DNA of 64,000 nucleotides from a virus (Duplodnaviria; Caudoviricetes): positions 2,892 through 66,891 of the IMG/VR virus record IMGVR_UViG_3300032070_000007. One strand, given 5' to 3'. Both the position numbers and the translations under genes were made by a program. Positions 1 to 9,031 of this stretch are shown here, in pieces. The first letter of the stretch is position 1, and every line of letters starts with the position of its first letter. The notes beneath the pieces were generated by a model. That model ran no database searches. It was given only the letters and a program-made list of their open reading frames with translations, and was not told where the DNA came from.

Positions 1-1
1 A

Positions 2-412
2 GTACTGTATTCTTCAGATAAACACACAGATACTTTCCGGCACGTTATTTACGCCTGTGCATGCGGTTCAAGAGAGTTCCAGCTGATGATGCATGGTGGT
101 GAAATAACTGCAAGTTGCGCGAAATGTGGAAACAGTGATATTGTTGCATGGTACAAGGATGGTCATGTTCGCAATCTACTAACACAAGATTGGAGTGAAC
201 CGGATCTTATGACCCTACTAAGCGACCGTAATTGGCTTGCGAGGGAAATTGAGAAGCTAGCAAAACGTACTGAACTACAGAAGCGCATCGATAATCAAGC
301 AGTTGCACACCGGATTGCACAACACTTACTCGACAGCCACGACATCATGAAAGAAGAATTCACCGATGTTCGAAAGTCAATCGAAGAGTTCCTACCGGAG
401 GTGATAGAGTGA
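2..412 (+). CDS. Zn-ribbon-containing hypothetical protein, probably 5'-truncated by the window edge
   Basis: Frame is open from position 2 (VLYSSDKH...ACACGS...SCAKCG), giving CxC and CxxC pairs upstream of the track's ATG at 86. Confidence 0.55.
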   Translation, partial: VLYSSDKHTDTFRHVIYACACGSREFQLMMHGGEITASCAKCGNSDIVAWYKDGHVRNLLTQDWSEPDLMTLLSDRNWLAREIEKLAKRTELQKRIDNQAVAHRIAQHLLDSHDIMKEEFTDVRKSIEEFLPEVIE

Positions 413-660
413 GACGTCTAACAGTTTGCATCCTTGAAGGAACGCCAAAGTTACCGGAATCAGTAAAGGTAGTTGCTGGCCTCTCAGGCGAATGGAATGA
501 ACTTGTATTAGCCGAAAATCTTGCAATGGCTTTCAACTTCCTAAGACACAAGCTAGAGCAGGAATACAAGCGGAAGATACCGATCGTGATCATACAGGGA
601 GGTCAATCGGTCACGATAACACCTAAAGTGTGGGAACTACTAAAGCGTGTAAGGAGGTGA
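409..660 (+). CDS. hypothetical protein
   Basis: GTG start overlaps the upstream stop; GGAGGTGA at about 397. Confidence 0.6.
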   Translation: MRRLTVCILEGTPKLPESVKVVAGLSGEWNELVLAENLAMAFNFLRHKLEQEYKRKIPIVIIQGGQSVTITPKVWELLKRVRR

Positions 661-666
661 CAACAT

Positions 667-1047
667 ATGGAAGAACAAGAGATACTAACTCAACAACAAC
701 TTACACTAGCAAAGTTCAACGAGTTACGCAATAAAGGATATCATGTGAGTGCGACGTTTAGCTCAATTGCTGATAGGGGCACGATAAGAATCTTCGATGA
801 GGATGACTTGATGAAAATAAAGAAAGACATTAATGCTAACGAAATCAACAAGTCAACATACACCGATAAATCGGGCATGTATGCAAAGGCAGAGGTTGAC
901 GGGCAGGAATTTGTTATATTTCCGAAAGTGCTTGCATTTCCTAGCTGCAGAATTGAAGAACGGACTGTAACTATTCCGGCATCGCCAGAGCACACCGAAG
1001 TACGTAAGTTTGTTGTTTGTGGAAAAGATGAGAAAGAAACGGTTTGA
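667..1047 (+). CDS. hypothetical protein
   Basis: GGAGGTGA RBS at 653-660; 126 aa ORF. Confidence 0.7.
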   Translation: MEEQEILTQQQLTLAKFNELRNKGYHVSATFSSIADRGTIRIFDEDDLMKIKKDINANEINKSTYTDKSGMYAKAEVDGQEFVIFPKVLAFPSCRIEERTVTIPASPEHTEVRKFVVCGKDEKETV

Positions 1048-1114
1048 TGGAAACGGTTAACCGTTTAAACTACCTATGTAAAATATATGAGTAGTTAAAC
1101 CGTTTTTCCGTTTT
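1038..1114. promoter_or_regulatory. AACGGTT/AACCGTT repeat element around a TATA-like core
   Basis: AAACGGTT twice, AACCGTTT twice, flanking AAATATATGA; a similar copy lies at 58062-58128. Confidence 0.5.
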
Positions 1115-1146
1115 CAAGGGCTGTTTACTCGAGGAGGTGAAATCGT

Positions 1147-1518
1147 TTGGTAACTGCGAAAAATAAAAGGGAATTCATAACTACATGGAATGAACATATC
1201 AACCAGCTAGGCGAATTAGCGTACTCATTACCAGCTGCAAGGGCTAAAGTGTTCTTTGATACACATAAGGAATTACTTCAATTCGTGAAAGAGGCTGCAG
1301 ATTTTACGTTTGTTGATTGCGAATTCTATAGACTCACTCCTAAGGAGCATCAGTGTATTGAAGGGGATTGCTACAACGGATGCACTATAGCGACTAAGCT
1401 TTTTGGGAATTGCTGTATGAAGTGCCCGAAGGCGATGAAGTGTGACGCTGGTTGCATGAAGACTGAGGAGCTGAAGTGTAGTATTGTGAAGAGGGGGGTG
1501 AAAGGTAAATGCCGATAG
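1147..1518 (+). CDS. hypothetical protein with Cys-rich C-terminus
   Basis: GGAGGTGA RBS and TTG start; many Cys in the C-terminal half. Confidence 0.65.
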   Translation: MVTAKNKREFITTWNEHINQLGELAYSLPAARAKVFFDTHKELLQFVKEAADFTFVDCEFYRLTPKEHQCIEGDCYNGCTIATKLFGNCCMKCPKAMKCDAGCMKTEELKCSIVKRGVKGKCR

Positions 1519-1673
1519 ATTGGGAATCAGGGAAAGATACTCGTATAAAGGGGCATCCTGCAAAGTGCAAGTTGTACCCAAGCCATAGTACGGATAAGAA
1601 GGGTCGCTGTAAGACCTTTTATAAGTGTGAGAGTGCAGGTAAGGCACAGTGTATCGCTAAGGGGGGTACTTAG
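1509..1673 (+). CDS. small Cys-containing protein (54 aa, not in ORF track)
   Basis: Read by hand: MPIDWESGKDTRIKGHPAKCKLYPSH...CKTFYKC...QCIAKGGT*; GGGGTGA RBS; abuts the helicase start. Confidence 0.55.
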   Translation: MPIDWESGKDTRIKGHPAKCKLYPSHSTDKKGRCKTFYKCESAGKAQCIAKGGT

Positions 1674-3125
1674 TTGGAGACGAAGAAAATATACGGGGCA
1701 CCGGGAACTGGCAAGACATCACAACTAATGCAAGTTGTGGTTAATGAACTAAAGTCTGGGCTAAGCATCGAGGATATTTCGTACATGGGGTTCACTAGGG
1801 CTGCTTGTACAGAAGCGTTAACTAGGGCAGCGAAGGTTGCTACTTTTCCAGATAAAACACGGTATTGGTTCAAGACTATTCACGCGACTTGTTTACACTT
1901 GCTGATGAAAGCTGGATTAGGGAATGAACGAACAATTGCAAAGTGGTCGGATCTAAAGACATTCTGTGAAGTCAATGGACTAGAACCGCCGAATATGAAC
2001 GATGAGGATACTATAATAGGAGGTCAAGTTTCTACAGGCACTGCATTCTTTTCCACCTACAGTTATCTTTTGAACACTTTTAGGAAACCTAATCAATATG
2101 AAGAGTGTCCACACGCTGAAGTGTTTGATGGATTGAAGTACGAAGAGCTTCACAAAGCATGGGACGAGTATAAGGTTAAGCATAAGTTGATGGATTTTTC
2201 GGACATGCTTGTTGAGACAGTTGAGCATGGTCTGACGGTTCCTACGACTGTCTTAATAGTGGACGAGTTCCAAGATATCAGTCCACTACAACTAGCACTG
2301 ATAAAACAGTTTTCGGTTGGCAAAGAGAGTGTGTATGTTGCTGGAGATGACGACCAGGCATTGTATGGGTTCCAGGGTGCCGATCCTAGGCTAATGCTCG
2401 AATATGATGCAAACACAATTGAGGTATTAGGTAACTCGTATCGATGTCCTGAAGAGGTATGGGAGCCATCAATGCAATTGATTAACTTGAACAAGAATAG
2501 ACAGTTCAAGGATGTTCAATCAAGAGGCTCAGGTGGTTCGTTTAGGGAGATGAGTTTGGGCAGGTATTTCAATCAACTTTTGTATCACATCAGGGGTCCT
2601 ACTTTCCTACTTGCGAGAACGAATCAATTGGTAGGAAAGATAGCGTGGCAACTCGCCTTTAATGGAGTCCTTTTTAAGTATCTGGACGGAGAGAAAGATA
2701 GGGTTTGGGGTTGGAATAAGAAGAGGACTTTGGCGATGAATTGGATTCTTAAGACTGGATACAACAGGTATCGGGCGTTTGATAAGATTGCAGATAAAGA
2801 GAACTGGGCACAGGGAACTCGGACGTTCATGAAGTGCTACCTAAAGCACATACAAATAGTAGATCCTGCTAATATCAATGTGAAGATAGGAACTATTCAT
2901 TCAGCGAAAGGAAGAGAAGCAGATACGGTAATCGTCTTCAATGATTTGACTAAAAGGGTGTCTGTGGCTATGGAAACTGAGGAAGGCCTTGAAGCAGAAC
3001 GTAGAGTTTGGTATGTTGCGATGACTAGAGCAAAGCAGCAGTTGTTTTGGGTTGATGGGTTTTTCAAGACAGGAAATGGGTTCATGTTGGGAGGCCCAGA
3101 GGTTGTTGAAGATGAGAAAAAGTGA
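1674..3125 (+). CDS. UvrD/PcrA-like superfamily 1 DNA helicase
   Basis: GAPGTGKT, VDEFQD, GDDDQALYGFQGA, SYRC, TIHSAKGREAD and ERRVWYVAMTRAK motifs. Confidence 0.93.
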   Translation: METKKIYGAPGTGKTSQLMQVVVNELKSGLSIEDISYMGFTRAACTEALTRAAKVATFPDKTRYWFKTIHATCLHLLMKAGLGNERTIAKWSDLKTFCEVNGLEPPNMNDEDTIIGGQVSTGTAFFSTYSYLLNTFRKPNQYEECPHAEVFDGLKYEELHKAWDEYKVKHKLMDFSDMLVETVEHGLTVPTTVLIVDEFQDISPLQLALIKQFSVGKESVYVAGDDDQALYGFQGADPRLMLEYDANTIEVLGNSYRCPEEVWEPSMQLINLNKNRQFKDVQSRGSGGSFREMSLGRYFNQLLYHIRGPTFLLARTNQLVGKIAWQLAFNGVLFKYLDGEKDRVWGWNKKRTLAMNWILKTGYNRYRAFDKIADKENWAQGTRTFMKCYLKHIQIVDPANINVKIGTIHSAKGREADTVIVFNDLTKRVSVAMETEEGLEAERRVWYVAMTRAKQQLFWVDGFFKTGNGFMLGGPEVVEDEKK

Positions 3126-3348
3126 ACTGATGCCAATTGAAATGGTCACAATGCTCAACAGAACATATGCGTATACGTTGGAGGAGATTTCGAAGATCAT
3201 AAAGGTACCTATACATAAAACGAAAGTGTTGGTTGAGGAAGCATTATCTCAGGAGTTGTTGGAGTTTCGAGATTTTGAACTAACAAGACCGTTGACGGAG
3301 GATCTAGTACAAGTGAAAAATGTCAGGTATTATAGGAGGATATTCTAA
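3112..3348 (+). CDS. small HTH-like protein
   Basis: YTLEEISKIIKVPIHKTKVLVEEAL resembles an HTH; start overlaps the helicase end. Confidence 0.5.
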   Translation: MRKSELMPIEMVTMLNRTYAYTLEEISKIIKVPIHKTKVLVEEALSQELLEFRDFELTRPLTEDLVQVKNVRYYRRIF

Positions 3349-3788
3349 TGCCTTTTGATTGGCCGAAAGGTCCTGTACCAGTTTCAAAACCACTACCTCC
3401 ACAATTTAACAAAGAGTCTACTCATCAATGTGCTGGCTGTTTCTACAACTACCGACATCCACACTTTAGAGTTGGCACTGATTGGAATAGCACGACAACT
3501 ATTGTTTGGGAATGCAACCTCCGAATCATGCGAACAACTATGCTCAAAAAGTACGATCATAGAACAAGAATAGTGCTCGAGTACCGTAACTTTTACGAGG
3601 AGAGATTCGGAAAAACTCCTTGCCCCGAAAAGAGTATCTTAAAGAAATCGAAGTGGACTGTTGACTTCAAGTCAACCTCATCTCTTAATAGAGCGTCAAG
3701 AGAATTCGAGCATTGGTTACATAGAAATAAACTTGAGGAGTATCAGAAGAAAAGAAACTTCAACATAACACCAGAACCGAAAGAATAA
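3348..3788 (+). CDS. hypothetical protein
   Basis: GGAGG RBS; CxxC motif. Confidence 0.6.
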   Translation: MPFDWPKGPVPVSKPLPPQFNKESTHQCAGCFYNYRHPHFRVGTDWNSTTTIVWECNLRIMRTTMLKKYDHRTRIVLEYRNFYEERFGKTPCPEKSILKKSKWTVDFKSTSSLNRASREFEHWLHRNKLEEYQKKRNFNITPEPKE

Positions 3789-3801
3789 AAGGAGGAATAA
3801 A

Positions 3802-4161
3802 ATGCCTATAAGTAAGGATAAATTCAAGCAGGGAGAACTCTACACCATCATGCGTTTAGAAGATGTGATGGAACCCGACCAAGCATACCAAATAAAGGAG
3901 ATAGCAGTACTAGTTCGCCGTACACCTATGAGAATAGGGTATAAACTCCGTGAACTCGAAAAAGACGGTAAGGCTGAGTGTAGGCGAGTGGACGGTAAAA
4001 TAGTTTGGGCGTTGACGGAGACTGCTTATCTAGAAGGGACTGTTAAGGCAGATAAACAGAAGTTGAGAATTAGAGGAAGGCCAGTTAAGGAAGCTAGAAT
4101 GAGGGGCAAGAAGGGACAGAAACCCACCTACGTTGGTAACAAAAAAACTAAACCTACTTGA
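3802..4161 (+). CDS. winged-helix DNA-binding protein
   Basis: AYQIKEIAVLVRRTPMRIGYKLRELEKDGKAECRRVDGKIVW wHTH pattern; GGAGG RBS. Confidence 0.7.
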   Translation: MPISKDKFKQGELYTIMRLEDVMEPDQAYQIKEIAVLVRRTPMRIGYKLRELEKDGKAECRRVDGKIVWALTETAYLEGTVKADKQKLRIRGRPVKEARMRGKKGQKPTYVGNKKTKPT

Positions 4162-4165
4162 CAAC

Positions 4166-4183
4166 TAAATTTTTATATATTTA
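4166..4183 (+). promoter_or_regulatory. archaeal TATA box
   Basis: TAAATTTTATATATTT upstream of the 4228 gene; a similar box lies at about 4549-4561. Confidence 0.55.
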
Positions 4184-4227
4184 CTCATGGTCATTTGAAT
4201 GATGACTAAGCTCTAGGGGAGGTGAAA

Positions 4228-4461
4228 ATGGAAATGTGTCCAATAAGTGCCGACGAGTTTGAAAAGGGCAAGAGTGCAACCAAGAAGGACCTCACGGAGG
4301 TTCTAGAAGAGGGCAAAGGGTATACCACGAAGGAGGTAGCAGACCTCATCGGACGATCGTGGGGCATAGCAAAGAACATCCTGAAGGCTGCAGTCGAAGA
4401 AGGCACAATAGAGGTAAAGAAAGTTGGAAGAAGTATCTACTGGCGCCTGAAGCCTCAGTAG
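4228..4461 (+). CDS. small winged-helix DNA-binding protein (paralog family)
   Basis: GYTTKEVADLIGRSW...LKAAVEEGTIEVKKVGRSIYW; GGAGGTGA RBS. Confidence 0.75.
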   Translation: MEMCPISADEFEKGKSATKKDLTEVLEEGKGYTTKEVADLIGRSWGIAKNILKAAVEEGTIEVKKVGRSIYWRLKPQ

Positions 4462-4615
4462 ACTTCCAGGTTTCTTTCCCCTCCTTCTTTCCTCTATTTT
4501 TGTTATAAAGTGGAATATGTGGTCAACAGGGAAACTGCTTGCCACATGTTTTATATATTTATGTACCCATAATTGACCATAAAGCCTTTTGGCCATAAAA
4601 TCTAGAGGGGTGTTT

Positions 4616-4828
4616 ATGGGAGTATCGGAAACGATTTCAAGCGAAGAGCTGGATAACGAGATAGTTTTTTTTGCACAGATACGAGTTAACAATCAAATCA
4701 CAATACCAAAAGAGTGTATGGAGGCAAAGAAACTGAAACCAGGAGACGTGATAGCTATTGCTGTTCTGAAGATAGTTGACGGCACAGTGACTTGGAGTAA
4801 CATGAAGTCACGACTACAGGGGAGGTGA
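4616..4828 (+). CDS. AbrB/MazE/SpoVT-family DNA-binding protein
   Basis: IRVNNQITIPKECMEAKKLKPGDVI is the AbrB-type signature. Confidence 0.8.
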   Translation: MGVSETISSEELDNEIVFFAQIRVNNQITIPKECMEAKKLKPGDVIAIAVLKIVDGTVTWSNMKSRLQGR

Positions 4829-4833
4829 AAAGA

Positions 4834-5946
4834 ATGAGTAAAATGTCAGAATTTACTACCAAGGTTCTTAGTGAGTGGGCAACTCAACTTGGTAGAGAAC
4901 CAGCCGAGCTTACGAAGATGTATAATGATGCGTATGAGATTCTAGCAAAGATGGGCAAGCCAGCGGATCAATTAGAAGAGATGGCAAAAACCAGAGTTAG
5001 GTCACAGTTGAGAAACGAATTCGCATCACCTGCAGTTTCATTCCGGGGCCGTATATTAGCGAAGAGCGACGCATTTAACGTAAATGCGAATGCTTGGGAA
5101 GAAGCTGCGGAAATGAATAAGAGTCCAGAAAGGCAACAGTGGATCGATCAGAGGGCAATCAACGAAGCAGGCCAACCACTCGATATGAGAGAGATTTTCT
5201 CGAAATCCAAGAAGAAGAATCCGAACTTCGGAAAGATCCTACCCAAAGAGAATTTCCTCGCGAACGTTTTTGGAGTCTTTTTGTCAGCTAAAGGAGACCC
5301 GCTTCCAGGCAAAGTAACGTTGAGTGGCAAGAAGGCGAAGATTGTGGTTCCAGTAGATGTGCCAGTGCAGGTTAGGCTAAATGATAAGTCAGAGAAAGGT
5401 GCAACCTATCGAACACTTTCATCAGGTACTCCGACAGAATTCAAGCCGATACAGGATCCAGACATTCCTGACGCAGAAACGCTGATAACGATGTATTGTG
5501 AGCAGTTCTTTACAACCCTAAAGCACTTAGAGTCAGTACATCAGGCGTTCATTCCAGCAAATGCAACTAAGCCAGATCCTACTAGGATTACAGTTGTAGA
5601 AGCGGAATTGATTAGCTTGGATAGTGAGGTTAATCCAAAATCTCACAACTACAGAATGGTCATAGGCGACGAGAGTTTAGGGTTTACGGAAAAGGAAAGA
5701 CGTGGTACAACTGTATGGGTTTCAGAGGCATTGTATCCTGCTGTCAAAGATGCAGGGCGAGGTACAAGGATGTACGTGATAGGTCAGACAACACAGCCAC
5801 AGACTAGCAGAGACTTTACAACAGGCGAGACAGTGAACAAGCCGGGAGACGTAGGTCTCAATGCAATGGGCATATTCGTCAAGAAAGGTTGGTTGATGCC
5901 AAAGGATGAGCAGCCGTTTGAGGAAACTGCGGAGGTTGAAGCGTAA
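4834..5946 (+). CDS. putative OB-fold ssDNA-binding protein
   Basis: Beta-rich segments, acidic C-terminal tail (DEQPFEETAEVEA), near an AAA ATPase; function inferred, not recognised with certainty. Confidence 0.4.
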   Translation: MSKMSEFTTKVLSEWATQLGREPAELTKMYNDAYEILAKMGKPADQLEEMAKTRVRSQLRNEFASPAVSFRGRILAKSDAFNVNANAWEEAAEMNKSPERQQWIDQRAINEAGQPLDMREIFSKSKKKNPNFGKILPKENFLANVFGVFLSAKGDPLPGKVTLSGKKAKIVVPVDVPVQVRLNDKSEKGATYRTLSSGTPTEFKPIQDPDIPDAETLITMYCEQFFTTLKHLESVHQAFIPANATKPDPTRITVVEAELISLDSEVNPKSHNYRMVIGDESLGFTEKERRGTTVWVSEALYPAVKDAGRGTRMYVIGQTTQPQTSRDFTTGETVNKPGDVGLNAMGIFVKKGWLMPKDEQPFEETAEVEA

Positions 5947-6302
5947 TGTCAACTCATTTGGAACAAATAAAATCCCTTCTTTCTTTAACGGGTCAAGTTC
6001 ATAGTGAGGAGTTCCCGTATGAACGAATATATGTGTATTCTATAGTTACTCCTACAGGCGAGCTAGTTATAGGAGCACTTGGTAAGAAAGGAACTCGTGT
6101 TGTCGATGTAGCAGTACTTCCTGAATTTAGAAAGGAAGGAGTGGCTTCTGCATTAATCAAAATTGCGGAAGTTGACACTGCCTATGTGGTAAGTGAGGAA
6201 GCTGAAAACTTCTGGAGTCACATAGGTTGGTATTTTGTCTGTCCCATTATGGACAAGGAAGTTGAAGTGAAAGTATACTGTAAAAAGGGGAAGATCGTTT
6301 GA
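5946..6302 (+). CDS. GNAT-family N-acetyltransferase
   Basis: Acetyl-CoA motif A (VDVAVLPEFRKEGVASALI) and motif B (AENFWSHIGW). Confidence 0.8.
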   Translation: MSTHLEQIKSLLSLTGQVHSEEFPYERIYVYSIVTPTGELVIGALGKKGTRVVDVAVLPEFRKEGVASALIKIAEVDTAYVVSEEAENFWSHIGWYFVCPIMDKEVEVKVYCKKGKIV

Positions 6303-6715
6303 GCAATACTGAGGGAATAAAAGCTGCTGTTGGAGTAAGCTATAGGAAACATATTAGTGAGTACAGTAAGGAGCTTGTAGCGATACCGTTTGGTTTTCCG
6401 GGCAAACGCGAATTAGTGGAGCATGAAACTGATGAGCTAACATCTGTATGTCCGGTGACTGGATTGCCAGATTTCTATCATATGGTTATCAGTTACTTGC
6501 CGAAGGATTTGCTGGTAGAGCTGAAGTCATTAAAGTTCTACCTCATGCAATTCAGAGACGTTGGCATTTTGCACGAGGATTTGGCGCAGAAGATATTACA
6601 AGACTTTATTGCAGTAGTACATCCGGAAGTTTGTACAGTCGACTTGACAGCAGCTTCAAGAGGAGGAATAAGTACGCACGTAGTTGCGAGATATCCAGAG
6701 CCAGGAGGTGAGTAA
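6299..6715 (+). CDS. queF: preQ0 nitrile reductase QueF (preQ1 synthase)
   Basis: TSVCPVTGLPDF catalytic Cys/Asp, QueF motif VELKSLKFYL, HE, RGGI. Confidence 0.9.
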   Translation: MSNTEGIKAAVGVSYRKHISEYSKELVAIPFGFPGKRELVEHETDELTSVCPVTGLPDFYHMVISYLPKDLLVELKSLKFYLMQFRDVGILHEDLAQKILQDFIAVVHPEVCTVDLTAASRGGISTHVVARYPEPGGE

Positions 6716-6716
6716 T

Positions 6717-7502
6717 ATGCCTTGGGAAAAGGGACTGAATAAAGACAAACCCCCAGCTAAGACTAAGGAACAGTTGTTTACTGATATTCATGAGCTTGCA
6801 AAGAAGGCAGGTATAAAAATTGGAGTTCACGGAGTTGCTGAATCTGGTAAAACTCACTTCTGTTGCTCCTCACCACCGCCAGTCTATATACTAGAGACTG
6901 ATGATGGAGCTGCACAACTTGCGAACAATTTCCCATCCAAGAACATTAAGGTACTTAACTGCTATGTAACGACAGGAGACCCGCAGACGGAATGTAAGGC
7001 CTCATTAGACATGCTGAAAGAAGCGTTGGTTGCATTGAGTGACTTGAATGAGGGAACTATTTGCATTGATAGCGGTACAGATCTTTGGGAGTGGATTGGA
7101 GGAACTCTACGTTTGGAGATTTTGAAAGTTGACTTGGCAGCTAGAGTGGCCCCTGCTGACTATAAGTGGGCGAATGCGGAGTATCGGTCGATAATCATGA
7201 AGTGTCGGGCGATTAATGCTAACTTCGTCATTACGGCAATGGATGGGGAAGTATTCAGGGATGCTAAGTTGACGCCCACGAATGTGTATAAGGCAGAGTG
7301 GCAGAAGTGGACGCCAAGGTGGTTGGATTGCCAAATACGGTTGATGAAGGAAGAAACAAAGACTGGATATACGTTTAGGGCGTTCATTGAGAAGTTCAGG
7401 CATCACAGGTTGACAAATAGGGACTTTCTGAACTTAGACTTTGATGCATTATATGCAGTGCTTAAACCGTATCTAGTGAAACCGCCGGAGAGTGCAACGT
7501 AA
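6717..7502 (+). CDS. AAA ATPase (AAA_24/Sak4-like recombination protein)
   Basis: Walker A GVAESGKT, Walker B TICIDS; GGAGGTGA RBS before ATG 6717. Confidence 0.75.
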   Translation: MPWEKGLNKDKPPAKTKEQLFTDIHELAKKAGIKIGVHGVAESGKTHFCCSSPPPVYILETDDGAAQLANNFPSKNIKVLNCYVTTGDPQTECKASLDMLKEALVALSDLNEGTICIDSGTDLWEWIGGTLRLEILKVDLAARVAPADYKWANAEYRSIIMKCRAINANFVITAMDGEVFRDAKLTPTNVYKAEWQKWTPRWLDCQIRLMKEETKTGYTFRAFIEKFRHHRLTNRDFLNLDFDALYAVLKPYLVKPPESAT

Positions 7503-7754
7503 TGTTGAACAACGTACCTAGAAATCTTTGGTCGGTTGTAACATTCGGTCTCTTTCATTTTCAAGAAATTGAACGATTAGCAACAGTAATTTACAGGATC
7601 AAAATAGACGACAGAACTATGGGGACTACGAAATGAGAGCTAGAGCTGCGTGTGGACATATAGTGGAGATTCCATGCAACTGGAATATTAACGGAAGATG
7701 TGGAGCTGATACTTCACCATGCATAATAATCTCGTTAGTAAGGAGTGATCAAAA

Positions 7755-8120
7755 GTGACAGATGATGAGTTTGATGAGAAGTTGGGAATTACTGCAGATG
7801 CTATGATGAACTCGTTAGCTGCAAAGGCAGTACAAAAGGCTTGTAAAGAGGTACTTATGAAGGTACTTCGAAAGCATAATCTGCGTAAGGATAGTTGGCA
7901 TAGGACAACAAGTGTATTCTCAATGGGAGAGTTAGTACATAACAAGATGCACCGATTAAAAGAACTGTACCCTAAGATAGCGTTAGGAGGTTCAGAGGTA
8001 TTGAAAGAAGTCAATGATGAACTGGATGATATCATTGCATACAGTGCATTTCAGAAGTATGTCCTGAATGTCGATAAGTTGAGTAACCCTTACACAACAC
8101 CGGAGAGTGACACTGTTTAA
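7755..8120 (+). CDS. nucleotide-modification-associated all-alpha NTP pyrophosphatase-like protein (DUF1599/Nmad1-like)
   Basis: K..N...DSW...NKMHRL...ELDDIIAY pattern. Confidence 0.55.
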   Translation: MTDDEFDEKLGITADAMMNSLAAKAVQKACKEVLMKVLRKHNLRKDSWHRTTSVFSMGELVHNKMHRLKELYPKIALGGSEVLKEVNDELDDIIAYSAFQKYVLNVDKLSNPYTTPESDTV

Positions 8121-8198
8121 CTCCCGTAGAACGGTTAACTGCTTGATACCGGAGGCAGCATTAAGCAGGTTCGGATTCACCTCCTTTCCTGGCTCCTA

Positions 8199-8408
8199 TT
8201 GGTATCCTTTGACCCTACAGAGGGATTAGCAGTGGGTACAGGTTTAGTAGGAAGATTCGAGTACACTCCGGATAAAAAGGGCAAGTGTGAGAAGGGGCAT
8301 GATATGATGAAAATCGAGAGTGTGAAGTTGTTCTCGATAGGAAGGGATTGGACTGTGGAAGGATATTTTTACTGTCCAACCTGTAAACTTATTTACCAAA
8401 AGATGTAA
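8199..8408 (+). CDS. small Zn-ribbon protein
   Basis: CEKGH...CPTC; true start may be the GTG at 8232. Confidence 0.5.
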   Translation: MVSFDPTEGLAVGTGLVGRFEYTPDKKGKCEKGHDMMKIESVKLFSIGRDWTVEGYFYCPTCKLIYQKM

Positions 8409-8428
8409 TAGAGGTGAGAAGAGTGCAA

Positions 8429-8830
8429 ATGAAGAATATAACAAAAGTCCTTCACTTTGATGCGGCACACTATCTTGACAAAACATTTGGTAAATGTCAA
8501 AATCTACACGGTCATCGCTACTTCGTAGAGAACATAGTTGTAGGATTCGATGGTATTGTTGATTTCGGACTGATAAAGAAAGCTGTTGATAGTTTTGATC
8601 ACTGTTTGCTGATACCAGGAAACCACGAGGCATTTTGGAAGAATGTAGATACTTTAGCTAAACAATCCGACCTTCCTTTCATCATTAAGACAGTTGTTCT
8701 TAGTAGCATGTCTCTTGTTGAAAACATTGCCCAGGATTTAGCAATGCAGATATCAGCGATTCCGGGAGTACGTTCTGTTAGCTTTGACCTATATGAAGGA
8801 CATAACCAAGGTGTTCATGTTGATACTTAA
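8429..8830 (+). CDS. queD: 6-carboxy-5,6,7,8-tetrahydropterin synthase QueD
   Basis: FDAAH, CQNLHGHRY, VDFG, FDH, ENIA, LYE motifs. Confidence 0.92.
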   Translation: MKNITKVLHFDAAHYLDKTFGKCQNLHGHRYFVENIVVGFDGIVDFGLIKKAVDSFDHCLLIPGNHEAFWKNVDTLAKQSDLPFIIKTVVLSSMSLVENIAQDLAMQISAIPGVRSVSFDLYEGHNQGVHVDT

Positions 8831-8899
8831 TCTGTTGAGACGAAAGTCTCACTCTTTCCCCATATATTCCAGATAATAGTTAACATAGAGGAATTGAGA

Positions 8900-9031
8900 A
8901 TGTCGAGTAAGTCTAAGAGTAAGTGCTGTCCTCATTGTGGCACGGATCTTAGTGACTATACTCTTCCTTCAGATGAATATTGGAAAACTCGTTGTCCATA
9001 TTGTGGAGGTAAGTTGGATGCTAGTAAATGA
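8900..9031 (+). CDS. Zn-ribbon microprotein (43 aa, not in ORF track)
   Basis: MSSKSKSKCCPHCG...RCPYCGGKLDASK*, overlapping the queE start. Confidence 0.6.
   Translation: MSSKSKSKCCPHCGTDLSDYTLPSDEYWKTRCPYCGGKLDASK

Noticed and set aside
6299-6715. QueF-like amidinotransferase (archaeosine, dG+)
   Set aside because: The NADPH-binding QueF motif ELKSLKFY is present, favouring a true reductase
8249-8282. preQ1-I riboswitch-like string (GGAAGATTCGAGTACACTCCGGATAAAAAGG) upstream of queD
   Set aside because: P1 is imperfect, the tail cannot pair with the loop, and it lies inside a plausible ORF
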